This document shows positions 1 to 8,731 of a stretch of DNA of 64,000 nucleotides, piece after piece (within the stretch, counting starts at the first letter, position 1; every line of letters starts with the position of its first letter). This DNA comes from an uncultured Gammaproteobacteria bacterium (GTDB lineage Bacteria > Patescibacteriota > Microgenomatia > Levybacterales > UBA12049). The notes under the pieces are model-generated. The model saw only the letters and a list, made by a program, of their open reading frames with translations. It was not told the origin of the DNA and ran no database searches. Both the position numbers and the translations under genes were made by a program. The stretch lies in contig CAZIDK010000003.1 of the NCBI GenBank assembly GCA_964537895.1, forward strand, positions 1,171-65,170, given 5' to 3'.

Positions 1-98
1 GCTCTCCTTAGGCTACGTAGTAATCCTTTTTTTTCTGTAGGTTGAGTTGGTTCTTGAGTTATGATTTGTTCTGCTTCAATACTGGGCATATGACTCAT
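1..98 (-). CDS. 5' part of a hypothetical protein running off the window edge (MSHMPSIEAEQIITQEPTQP...)
   Basis: ATG at 98 on the minus strand, frame open to the window edge; divergent from the 217 ORF. Confidence 0.45.
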   Translation of the reverse strand, partial: MSHMPSIEAEQIITQEPTQPTEKKGLLRSLRR

Positions 99-178
99 TT
101 TATTGTATCAAACTATAACTTATTTTATGCTATCATGAGCAAATTTATCTGTCAAGTAAACAAATAATCTAAAATAGC

Positions 179-206
179 TTGACTCAAGGCTATAAAGTTG
201 TATAAT
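179..206 (+). promoter_or_regulatory. sigma70-type promoter
   Basis: TTGACT-16 nt-TATAAT, 10 nt before the ATG at 217. Confidence 0.6.
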
Positions 207-216
207 TAGCTACATT

Positions 217-513
217 ATGTCAGAAACATCAGTTATTAGGGAACCAAGGGGTAGAGTTCTAAGAGGAAACGAATTCAGTCCCGTACCTCTTAGGGTATCA
301 AGTATAAAGGGAGACTATAACGGAAATTCATTGGCGTTGACGGTTGGTAGAGCTGGAGATGTGCAAATAGAGATTGCGGATCCGGTTAAAGGCATTGTCG
401 TTATGGGCTTTATGCCAACTTCTCGTAATGGTATAAATCCCGAAGTGACCGATAGACTTGTATCGCTTACCAGAGAGTTGGCAAGTCTTATCGAGTCGGA
501 AAAATTAAGGTAA
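217..513 (+). CDS. hypothetical protein
   Basis: 98-aa ORF with a promoter directly upstream; no recognisable family. Confidence 0.6.
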   Translation: MSETSVIREPRGRVLRGNEFSPVPLRVSSIKGDYNGNSLALTVGRAGDVQIEIADPVKGIVVMGFMPTSRNGINPEVTDRLVSLTRELASLIESEKLR

Positions 514-557
514 GTTGTTCATGCAGGATTGTATCCGCTTATTTGTTTGAATCTAAT

Positions 558-1184
558 TTATTTATTAAATTTGTGACCTGGAATATAGTTAACATTAACT
601 GCTTTTAAAGTTGCTCCGTTTGTAGTGTAAAAGATTTGTAAGAAACTGCCTTTAGGAACCTGGTTTGCAAATGCATCAAGAGTATAAGTTTGTCCATTAT
701 CTAATGTTCCTCCGTTTTTTGCGTTCGAGTTAGGATTAGCTATTAAGCTTTGTAAAATAGTGTTTGAGTCAACGGCAAAAGTCATTTTTCCTTCTGAAGT
801 TTCAGCCTCTAAATTATTTTGATTAAATCCTGTAAAAATTGCGCTTATTACTGTTTGTTTTAAGTCTGAATTATAAGTTGGTTTATCCAAATTTTTTGCA
901 TACTTGGCGTAATCTTCTAAAAATTGCTGAGGATTTTTAGTTGACATAGGAACGGTTGCGTTGGGTTTGTTAAGATTTGAGGATGTTGCTTGGTGGGGGA
1001 GGAAGCCGAGTTGGTTAGGGTAAAGCGCGGAAAGGGAGAGAATGTTGAAATAATTTAAGGTTCCGAAAATAACAACAATGAAAATAAGCACAAAGCTTAT
1101 TTCAAACAGTCCCACTTCCAGAAAAACCAATCTCCTTTTTCTGTTTTGGCTTTTTAAAATGTCCGCGGAATTAAACTCTTCCAT
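558..1184 (-). CDS. membrane-anchored exported hypothetical protein
   Basis: Basic N-terminus, one hydrophobic helix, N/T/S-rich extracellular domain. Confidence 0.75.
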   Translation of the reverse strand: MEEFNSADILKSQNRKRRLVFLEVGLFEISFVLIFIVVIFGTLNYFNILSLSALYPNQLGFLPHQATSSNLNKPNATVPMSTKNPQQFLEDYAKYAKNLDKPTYNSDLKQTVISAIFTGFNQNNLEAETSEGKMTFAVDSNTILQSLIANPNSNAKNGGTLDNGQTYTLDAFANQVPKGSFLQIFYTTNGATLKAVNVNYIPGHKFNK

Positions 1185-1246
1185 AGATTTATGGTAAAAG
1201 AGAAGATAAGCAATGTCAAGGCCCCCCCAGGCTAACAGAGCTTTGG

Positions 1247-1876
1247 CTAGAGATTCCTGTTTCTTATCGTAACCGAGGTCTGAAACGGGACGCTTGCCTT
1301 TTTTTCTGCAAAATTACCTGGATTATTGTCGGATAGGGTCAGATTTATTCCAATCGTAGGGGCTTGGCCAAAATTAGTCTGCGTACAGGTAAAAGAGCAC
1401 AAAACAAGCGAAACGGCTGAGGTGTCTATAAGAGATGCGCCGTTTGAGGCAATCGTTGAACCATTACAGGAAAATATTGTCTGACCGCTGTCAAATGAAG
1501 TTATTTTTATATACTGATAGGCAATTGGAGCAGGAGTAGGTGAAGGAGAGGGAGGAATTGCTTGGGTACAATTAGTTTTGTAAAAAACGCCGTCCGTACT
1601 CACACCGTTAAAGTTTTGAGCATAAATAATCATTTTTGACATTTGCGTAATTGCATCGTTGCCGTTTTGCCTAACACTATCCAAAACATTAGATTTACTT
1701 CCTCCGCGCAAGGAAGAAATAAGAATACCGGCTACGATAACACCAACAACAACCACAATTGCCATAACTGCCAAAAGTTCTACCAATGTATAACCCTTCT
1801 CGGAATTGAAAATTGAAAATTGCCCGCCCCGCTTCACTTGGCGAGGCCGGGGAAAATTGAAAATTCGTTTTTTCAT
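1247..1876 (-). CDS. type IV minor prepilin
   Basis: G|YTLVELL class III signal followed by a hydrophobic helix; the leader carries a palindromic insertion. Confidence 0.9.
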   Translation of the reverse strand: MKKRIFNFPRPRQVKRGGQFSIFNSEKGYTLVELLAVMAIVVVVGVIVAGILISSLRGGSKSNVLDSVRQNGNDAITQMSKMIIYAQNFNGVSTDGVFYKTNCTQAIPPSPSPTPAPIAYQYIKITSFDSGQTIFSCNGSTIASNGASLIDTSAVSLVLCSFTCTQTNFGQAPTIGINLTLSDNNPGNFAEKKASVPFQTSVTIRNRNL

Positions 1877-2406
1877 GGTACTACAACATTACTATTAAGA
1901 TTAGACAAACACGAATTAAGCTTAACATTATGGCAATAGACATTGCTTGGGTCTGTACACTTACCATCAGACCAGGAAACTATTACCGTAACGCCAATGC
2001 TTTCATTGGAGCAAGAAACATCAGAACCTTGAGCAATATCCACCTCGCGCACAAAAATTCCGTAGTTTTGTCCGCAAGATGTTGCAGAACTCAAACTACA
2101 GGAACCGGTTGAAGAACCAAGAATACAAGGAGCCGTATCTCCCTGGGCAAGACAATACCTGCGGGCATTATATGCAGAAAATGTTCCCCAACTGGACTGG
2201 CTTATTTGACGCATAACTTCTATTCCTTGTTGGGCGTATTGAGTCGCCTGATTCTGATTTTTTGTATATTGAGTGTTATTAAGAGCCGAAATAACAGCCA
2301 CCGCTATGGCGGATAAAACAAGAACCGCCGCTCCTAAAGCAACTAAAGTTTCGATTAATGTTTGGCCTTTTTCTGTCATAGTCATATTATTTAATATTTC
2401 CCTCAT
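1873..2406 (-). CDS. type IV minor prepilin (PilV-like)
   Basis: G|QTLIETLVAL motif, AQQGIE helix, Cys-rich C-terminus; the real start may be one of the downstream Mets. Confidence 0.88.
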   Translation of the reverse strand: MREILNNMTMTEKGQTLIETLVALGAAVLVLSAIAVAVISALNNTQYTKNQNQATQYAQQGIEVMRQISQSSWGTFSAYNARRYCLAQGDTAPCILGSSTGSCSLSSATSCGQNYGIFVREVDIAQGSDVSCSNESIGVTVIVSWSDGKCTDPSNVYCHNVKLNSCLSNLNSNVVVP

Positions 2407-2875
2407 TGTCTATTTTTATTGTTTTTGCTTGACCGTATGCTGTCAGAACTATATTTCCCCCACCTTGTACGCCGCTGGTAATAACCGGAAAGAAAATAGA
2501 CGTAGTGGTTGTTTGTCCGGAAGCAAGGTTAAATTTAATATTTCCATTATCCGGCAGTGTTATTGTTTGAATCAAATAAGTTCCCAGACAAACGGCGCTT
2601 AAGCTGTACGTTGTGTCGGAAAGAATGTCTACCCGATATCCGCTAAGCGCCTCATTTGAGCACTGGTTTGGTTTTACCTGGGAACTCGCGCTGGATTTGG
2701 CCAAATTTAAAGTTGACGCTAAACTTGCACCCGCAGTTTGAAGCGATTGAGCTCTGCTGTAATTAACAAATGATGCAATACCGATTGTCGAAAGAATTGA
2801 AATTACCGTAAAAACAATAATCAGTTCAAGAAACGTAAATCCTGAAGATAAACTTAATCTTTCTTTTATGTGCAT
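2387..2875 (-). CDS. type IV minor prepilin (FimT/GspH-like)
   Basis: G|FTFLELII motif; near-identical to the pilin domain of 3427..4227. Confidence 0.88.
   Translation of the reverse strand: MHIKERLSLSSGFTFLELIIVFTVISILSTIGIASFVNYSRAQSLQTAGASLASTLNLAKSSASSQVKPNQCSNEALSGYRVDILSDTTYSLSAVCLGTYLIQTITLPDNGNIKFNLASGQTTTTSIFFPVITSGVQGGGNIVLTAYGQAKTIKIDNEGNIK
2441..2803. repeat. about 360-bp direct repeat, copy 1 (copy 2 at 3718..4080)
   Basis: Near-identical nucleotide sequence at offset 1277, encoding the pilin globular domain. Confidence 0.92.
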
Positions 2876-2959
2876 AGATTAAGTATGATAAAGATAAATA
2901 ATTATGTCAATAAAGCTAATGTAAAGAGCTTGAAAGGATTGATTTTGATATTATTTAGC

Positions 2960-3433
2960 CTACAACGTAACCCCTAAGCCTGCTGGATTAAGGGAAGTAT
3001 CACTTAGTGTATTGGCAGGACTCTCTATTACCGTTCCACAGTTTCCTGCATTCCAATACGGATTGTTTGTTCCTGAAGCATTTTTCCAGTAAACCCTGTT
3101 TCCTGTAACTGAATGTCCGGAACATGTACCGGTTGACTGATTCCAGATATACATACCAACATTAGAGTTTGTTCTTTGACCTTGGTAGATTATATTATTC
3201 TCAATCTTGCTGTTTGTTCCTCCCCCGGCTCCCGAGACCGTTACCGTTGTGCCTCCCGAATTTGCCTCATCCGTATCTTTTACTCCGTTTCTGTTTGAAT
3301 CTATTATATATACGTTGCCGTTTATTGTATAGGTTGCGGGGATTGACGTTGGGGTAGGGTAGGGCCAACAGGTGTTGCAGTTGATGCAGGCGTTGATGTA
3401 GTAATACAAACTTCGCCGCTGCACACCTAACAT
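2960..3433 (-). pseudogene. C-terminal remnant of a pilin-adhesin fusion (PT linker, DxNxNG..DE segment, beta-helix-like tail)
   Basis: Continues the 3427..4227 pilin after an in-frame TAG and a frameshift near 3355-3365. Confidence 0.55.
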
Positions 3434-4227
3434 CCCGAGCCTGTGCAGCTTTGACTAAACGAGCTTGGGGTACAGGCTCCTCTACCTGTGTAATAATTGT
3501 AGGTGCAGGTTTGCAAGCCCGTTCCGCACTGAACACTGCAGGAACCGCAGGAAGCGCCGGTATTGCAGATTGGTGTAGGCGTTGGGGTTGGAGACGGAGT
3601 CGGTATCGTAGTTGGAGGCGGGGTTGGAGCAGGGGTAGGGGTATTTACGATATTTGTTTTCCCTAAGGTTATAATGCCTTGCGGATTAACTGTTATTGTT
3701 TTTGTTTGATCATGCCCTGTCAGGACTATATTTCCCCCACCTTGTACGCCGCTGGTAATAACCGGAAAGAAAACAAAAGTAGTGGTTGTTTGTCCGGAAG
3801 CAAGGTTAAATTTAATATTTCCATTATCCGGCAGTGTTATTGTTTGAATCAAATAAGTTCCCAGACAAACGGCGCTTAAGCTGTACGTTGTGTCGGAAAG
3901 AATGTCTACCCGATATCCGCTAAGCGCCTCATTTGAGCACTGGTTTGGTTTTACCTGGGAACTCGCGCTGGATTTGGCCAAATTTAAAGTTGACGCTAAA
4001 CTTGCGGCCGCAGTTTGAAGCGATTGAGCTCTACTGTAATTAACAAATGATACAATGCCTATGGTCGAAAGAATTGAAATAACAGAAAAAACTATTATTA
4101 ACTCTAGAAGAGTAAATCCTTCACTTTTTATTAATCTCGGAAAGTGAAGGGTAAACCCTCTATTGCTGAGCTGTTGAATTGCTGAATTGTTGAAATTAGT
4201 TTTCATAGCAATGTAATAATTTAACAA
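3427..4227 (-). CDS. type IV minor prepilin with PT linker and Cys-rich extension
   Basis: G|FTLLELII motif, PTPAPTPP linker, Cys-rich tail; start probably at the MKTNF Met. Confidence 0.85.
   Translation of the reverse strand: MLNYYIAMKTNFNNSAIQQLSNRGFTLHFPRLIKSEGFTLLELIIVFSVISILSTIGIVSFVNYSRAQSLQTAAASLASTLNLAKSSASSQVKPNQCSNEALSGYRVDILSDTTYSLSAVCLGTYLIQTITLPDNGNIKFNLASGQTTTTFVFFPVITSGVQGGGNIVLTGHDQTKTITVNPQGIITLGKTNIVNTPTPAPTPPPTTIPTPSPTPTPTPICNTGASCGSCSVQCGTGLQTCTYNYYTGRGACTPSSFSQSCTGSGC
3718..4080. repeat. about 360-bp direct repeat, copy 2
   Basis: Near-identical to 2441..2803. Confidence 0.92.
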
Positions 4228-4236
4228 TGTTTTCGC

Positions 4237-4701
4237 TTACGGGTTTTGTACGGTATAAGACCAATTGGCTGTACCATTACACGGTGATACGTTTGCCGCA
4301 TCTTTTTGACTATCATTTGTGTTTTCCAAACAAGCAATTATCGAATATGTGGCGCCTGTAGAAGAAAAAGTATAACTTCCTCCTAAAGCATCGCATGGAA
4401 TCTTTTGCATATACGTTGTTGTGTTATATGTAAAAGGTAACCCGCAAGTTGGTAAGGACAGCGGATAACTGCTATTGTCTGCTCTGTAAATTTCGAGGGC
4501 AGATTGTATTTGCCTTAAATCTGATTTTTTTTGCGCATCCCTTGCCCTTTGCCTTACGCCTATAAAATTGACCATAAGAAGAGTTGCCAAAACGCCAATA
4601 ATAGCAACAACTATAAGAAGCTCTATAAGCGTAAAACCTTTTTTAAAATTCTGAATTTTGTCCTGAGCTTGTCGAATGGATGAATTATAAATTATTTTCA
4701 T
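4237..4701 (-). CDS. type IV pilin / GspG-like pseudopilin
   Basis: G|FTLIELLIVV and RARDAQKKSDLRQIQSALEIY motifs. Confidence 0.92.
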   Translation of the reverse strand: MKIIYNSSIRQAQDKIQNFKKGFTLIELLIVVAIIGVLATLLMVNFIGVRQRARDAQKKSDLRQIQSALEIYRADNSSYPLSLPTCGLPFTYNTTTYMQKIPCDALGGSYTFSSTGATYSIIACLENTNDSQKDAANVSPCNGTANWSYTVQNP

Positions 4702-5234
4702 GGTGTGACATTTGGAGTAGATACTCCAAAATTACAAGTTCCTCCGCAAGCGTTAAAAGAAATACCGTTTATTGTTAGACTGGAACAGGCATTTCCACTG
4801 TTACACGCCCCTGGATCGCTACTGCCTCTATCCAGAGAGGCATAAAGATAATAAGATTGTCCAGTAGAGTAGTAAACGTAATTTTTAGAAGCTGTCGGGT
4901 CTTTAGGCAAAAGATTCATGTATGGCTGCCACGATTTCCCCCAATCAATAACTGTTGAACCGGGCGGAACAGTTATTCTGTAAAGCGGTGAGCTTACAGA
5001 AGACAATGGATATTTACCATTATCTTGATAATAGGCCTCTAAGGTTTTTTGCACCTGGGATAAATCCGATTTCCTTCTTGAATCATTTGCCTTTTGAAAT
5101 TGAGCAACAGGATTAAGGGCAACTATTGAGCCCGCAGCCAAGATGGATAATATACCGACAACAACTATTAGTTCTATAAGGGTAAAACCCTTGCTCCGAT
5201 TTGAAATTCTTTTAATCATTTTTATTGTGTACAT
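4698..5234 (-). CDS. type IV pilin / GspG-like pseudopilin
   Basis: G|FTLIELIVVV, DSRRKSDL and PKDP motifs. Confidence 0.92.
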   Translation of the reverse strand: MYTIKMIKRISNRSKGFTLIELIVVVGILSILAAGSIVALNPVAQFQKANDSRRKSDLSQVQKTLEAYYQDNGKYPLSSVSSPLYRITVPPGSTVIDWGKSWQPYMNLLPKDPTASKNYVYYSTGQSYYLYASLDRGSSDPGACNSGNACSSLTINGISFNACGGTCNFGVSTPNVTP

Positions 5235-6091
5235 AAGTTACCGCTGCAAGTTGTAGCTCCCGGTCCGGAATAACAAGTTAGGGTCCCTCCGTATATTGTA
5301 CACTGGTTAGATGTTACACTGTTACAGAGTCCGGCGCTGACCGCAAAGTAATTCGGACTGCAATTAAACGGCGTAGGCGTAGGCGTAGGCGTAGGCGTTG
5401 GGGTAGGAATTCCGCTTCCTGTTGGGGTAGGGATAGGGGGGGTTGGCGTTGGGGTAGGTGTTGGAACAGGCGTTGCGAATAAAGGAGCTGGCAATGAGTT
5501 TGCGGATATGTAAGCGCAATCTACTTTTCCCGATAGCACGCAATAATTATAACCTGAACTTTGATAATCTACCGGCAAACAGTTAGATAGCTCTGTTAAA
5601 GGACAGGAGGTTTGCACGTCTTGGGCTGAAGATAATTTAGCAAATAGCACGTTCCACTGCGGACATTGAGTTGTATCTGTTTGGTAAAGATATGACGGAT
5701 TAGAGCCATTTGAAAAATCCGGATCTTGAGGAACTTTTTGCATATACACTATTGAACCGCTGCTAAACGGAGCTCCCATTGTTAACGAAATAGGATAACA
5801 GTTTTTATCACTATAGTAAGCATCAAGAGAGTTTCTTATTTGGAATACATCATGCTGACGCTGTGCATCTCTTGCTTTCTGGAGCTGCCTTATCGGATTA
5901 ATAGTCACTATTAGAAAGGTGATAAGCACAGACAATATAATAATTACAACTACTAATTCTATTAGGGTAAACCCAAAAAAATTATTATTTTTGGAATTAA
6001 TAAATCTCCATAAAAGAGGGCTAAAATTGTACCTAATATTAAAAAGGGGCCAAAAGGAATTGTGTCTTTTATAGACCTTTTTTTTCGCCAT
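5222..6091 (-). CDS. type IV pilin with PT-rich linker and Cys-rich C-terminal domain
   Basis: G|FTLIELVVV, RDAQRQHD and PQDP motifs; the leader overlaps the pilD 3' end. Confidence 0.85.
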   Translation of the reverse strand: MAKKKVYKRHNSFWPLFNIRYNFSPLLWRFINSKNNNFFGFTLIELVVVIIILSVLITFLIVTINPIRQLQKARDAQRQHDVFQIRNSLDAYYSDKNCYPISLTMGAPFSSGSIVYMQKVPQDPDFSNGSNPSYLYQTDTTQCPQWNVLFAKLSSAQDVQTSCPLTELSNCLPVDYQSSGYNYCVLSGKVDCAYISANSLPAPLFATPVPTPTPTPTPPIPTPTGSGIPTPTPTPTPTPTPFNCSPNYFAVSAGLCNSVTSNQCTIYGGTLTCYSGPGATTCSGNLCTQ

Positions 6092-6831
6092 ATAATTAGT
6101 ATGATACCTATAATTGCTCCTGTCAAGAAAGCTAAATACAAGGCTAAAATTATCTTCGGAAAACCCAGTATGAGCCCAAGCAAAAACGACAGTTTTACGT
6201 CTCCAAAACCCATACCTTTACCCTTGGTAATCAAGAATAGAATAAGAAAAAAAACGAATGCCCCAATAGCGGAAAAAACAAAATTGAAAATTGAAAATTG
6301 CCCGTCCCGAGTGAAATCGAGGGGAAAATTGAAAATTAAATAAATAGAGCTTACGATTATTGCCGGGAAGACTACTTTATCCGGAATAATTCCAAATTTT
6401 AAATCTTCAAAAAAAATAACAATAAAACTTGAGACAATAAATAAATAATAAACCAGGCTGATTAAAGATTGAAGATTAAAGATTAAAGAATTAGAAATTG
6501 ACCCGCCTGCAACGCTTTGCATAGCAATGCGGGCAGGAAATTGAAAATTAAGTCCATAAACAAACATAAATGTGGTTAAGAATAAAATTCCCGTAGAAAA
6601 CTCTATGATAGGGTAGAATATACCAATGGACTTATGACAGTATCTGCATTTTCCCTTCAGCATTAAAAACGAGAGTAGGGGAATGAGATCATACCAAGCA
6701 AGTTCTTTTTTACAAAACTCGCAATGTGATCTCCCTTTTGCAATTGTTTCCTTACGAGGCAATCTGTCGATAGCTACATTTAAAAAGGAGCCGATGAAAA
6801 CTCCTATTGCAAATATGAATAAAAACTCCAT
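5962..6831 (-). CDS. pilD: prepilin peptidase (A24 family)
   Basis: GSFLNV, CxxC...CxxC, D.K..IIPD, GMGFGDVK and IPFGPFL motifs. Confidence 0.95.
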   Translation of the reverse strand: MEFLFIFAIGVFIGSFLNVAIDRLPRKETIAKGRSHCEFCKKELAWYDLIPLLSFLMLKGKCRYCHKSIGIFYPIIEFSTGILFLTTFMFVYGLNFQFPARIAMQSVAGGSISNSLIFNLQSLISLVYYLFIVSSFIVIFFEDLKFGIIPDKVVFPAIIVSSIYLIFNFPLDFTRDGQFSIFNFVFSAIGAFVFFLILFLITKGKGMGFGDVKLSFLLGLILGFPKIILALYLAFLTGAIIGIILIIWRKKRSIKDTIPFGPFLILGTILALFYGDLLIPKIIIFLGLP

Positions 6832-6868
6832 TTTTATTAGTATAACAAATCAGAAGAAAAAATGAGGC

Positions 6869-7462
6869 TTATTTTGTGCACCAGTAGCATTGAGTTGTCC
6901 CGCCATTTCCTTCACAAGCTGTTTGAGGACTGGCAACTGGTGTTCCATCTTTATTATATATAGTAGCTAAAGATTTTCTCTGAGATGTCGATTGCGGCCT
7001 ATAACAGCCTGTAAGCGTATTGGCAGCCAGATCATAAGTAACAAATATTTCTTTCAAGATAGTTGTTGCAGTTTGAAAGCCGGATTTTAATTCTTTTTCA
7101 TTAACAAGTGCTGTCGTACAGGTATTAAGAGGGGTATCGTTTAAGGAAATATTCGGATTGGTTGCTGCGCTTGGGGCCACGCCTCCATTACATGCTGATC
7201 CGCCATTAGCAATGGTATCCCATGGAAAGGTATTACGCGTTGTGTAATATCTTACATTAGCATTAAGATACTCAACTAAAGCATTTTTTGTGTTTGCATC
7301 CTGCGCTTTTTTAAGCTGTTCAAAAGGATCAATTGTTGCAACGAGTGCTGCTGCCAAAACGCCGAGGATTCCGATAACAACCAGAAGTTCGATGAGGGTA
7401 AAGCCTGCGGTCTTTTTTGATAATCCTAATAATTTCTTTAACTTCTCTATCAATTTTTTCAT
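6869..7462 (-). CDS. probable major type IV pilin
   Basis: G|FTLIELLVVIGILGVLAA motif; its own promoter points to the ATG at 7462. Confidence 0.88.
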   Translation of the reverse strand: MKKLIEKLKKLLGLSKKTAGFTLIELLVVIGILGVLAAALVATIDPFEQLKKAQDANTKNALVEYLNANVRYYTTRNTFPWDTIANGGSACNGGVAPSAATNPNISLNDTPLNTCTTALVNEKELKSGFQTATTILKEIFVTYDLAANTLTGCYRPQSTSQRKSLATIYNKDGTPVASPQTACEGNGGTTQCYWCTK

Positions 7463-7472
7463 GTCTATATCA

Positions 7473-7501
7473 AATGTAAACATTTTTAAATTCCTTGTCA
7501 A
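7473..7501 (-). promoter_or_regulatory. promoter of the major pilin
   Basis: TTGACA-17 nt-TACATT on the minus strand, 10 nt before the ATG. Confidence 0.55.
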
Positions 7502-7522
7502 GTACCAATCTGAAGCTAAATT

Positions 7523-8728
7523 TTACTGTATTGACGATATCAAACTGTAAATCGGCGTAATAACGGAAATTATTAAAAAAGCAACGCCAATGCCCAAAAC
7601 AACCATAATAAAAGGCTCCATTGCCGTTGTTAAGGTTTTAACTGTTTGATCAACATCTCTTTCGAAATATTCCGAGGCTTTTGCCAAAGATTCATCTACT
7701 TTTCCGGTCTGCTCTCCGATTTTTACAAGCTGGATAAGGATTGACGGAAAAAGGGGATAAACAGACATTGCGTCTCCTATCGTAACGCCTTTTTCTACCT
7801 GCTTGGAAACGTCTTTAATCGCATTTCTATAATGTATGTTTCCGGCCGTATCGGCGGTTTGCAACAGGGCATCAACAACCAGGGTTCCTGTTCCCACCAA
7901 AAGACCAAAGGTTCTTGAGAATTCGGCCAGTATTGTCTGTCTTATAAGTTTTCCAAAAACCGGAAGTTTTAAAATTAAACTATCTGTTATAAGCTGTCCC
8001 TCAATTGTTTTGTGCCAACGTCTAAATAAGACTACCCCTCCCACAAGCAGTATTAACATGATTGGCCAAAAAGTTTGAATAAAATCAGAAAATCCTATTA
8101 CTATTTGTGTTGGGAGGGGAAGGGGGACATTAAGATTTTGGTACAAAACCGTAAGCTGGGGAATAACAAAAATCATCATAATAAACATAACTACAACCAT
8201 AAGAATTATTACTATGACAGGGTACATAAGCGCGGATTTTATCGTGCCTTTTAGCTTTGCCTCTTTTTCAAGATTATCGGCAAGTCTTACGAGAACCTTA
8301 TCCAAGAGCCCTGACGCTTCTCCCGCTTTAATAAGGGAAACATAGATAGTCGAAAAAACAGCCGGATATTTTGCTATCGAAGAAGAAAAAGGCTTACCCT
8401 CTTCGACATCGTTAATAATACTGTTTACTACTTCCTGCATGGCCGCGCTTTGCACTTGATCTTTTAAAATTGCTAAGGCCCGCATTAGCGTAAGACCGGA
8501 AGAAAGCATTGAGGAAAGCTGTCTTGTAAAAATGATTAGGTCTGTCGACTTTACCTTGCTAAACATCGGCAAAATTTTAGATATGGGGTTTTCCTGTTCT
8601 TTTAGAATATGAATAGGCATCAGGTCTTTACTGCGGAGATATAAAGCCGCAGCGTTTATATCGTTAGCGTCAATTAAACCCTGTTCTATTTTACCCGTCT
8701 TTGTTGCGGCTTTATAACGAAGTTTCAT
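7523..8728 (-). CDS. pilC: type IV pilus platform protein (GspF family)
   Basis: FTRQLSSMLSSG, GEASGLLD, GEQTGKVD and EP motifs; 3 TM helices. Confidence 0.95.
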   Translation of the reverse strand: MKLRYKAATKTGKIEQGLIDANDINAAALYLRSKDLMPIHILKEQENPISKILPMFSKVKSTDLIIFTRQLSSMLSSGLTLMRALAILKDQVQSAAMQEVVNSIINDVEEGKPFSSSIAKYPAVFSTIYVSLIKAGEASGLLDKVLVRLADNLEKEAKLKGTIKSALMYPVIVIILMVVVMFIMMIFVIPQLTVLYQNLNVPLPLPTQIVIGFSDFIQTFWPIMLILLVGGVVLFRRWHKTIEGQLITDSLILKLPVFGKLIRQTILAEFSRTFGLLVGTGTLVVDALLQTADTAGNIHYRNAIKDVSKQVEKGVTIGDAMSVYPLFPSILIQLVKIGEQTGKVDESLAKASEYFERDVDQTVKTLTTAMEPFIMVVLGIGVAFLIISVITPIYSLISSIQ

Positions 8729-8731
8729 AAT

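Noticed and set aside
2441-4080. DGR template/variable repeat pair
   Set aside because: Differences involve C/T, G/T and G/C changes rather than adenine-only positions, and there is no reverse transcriptase in the window
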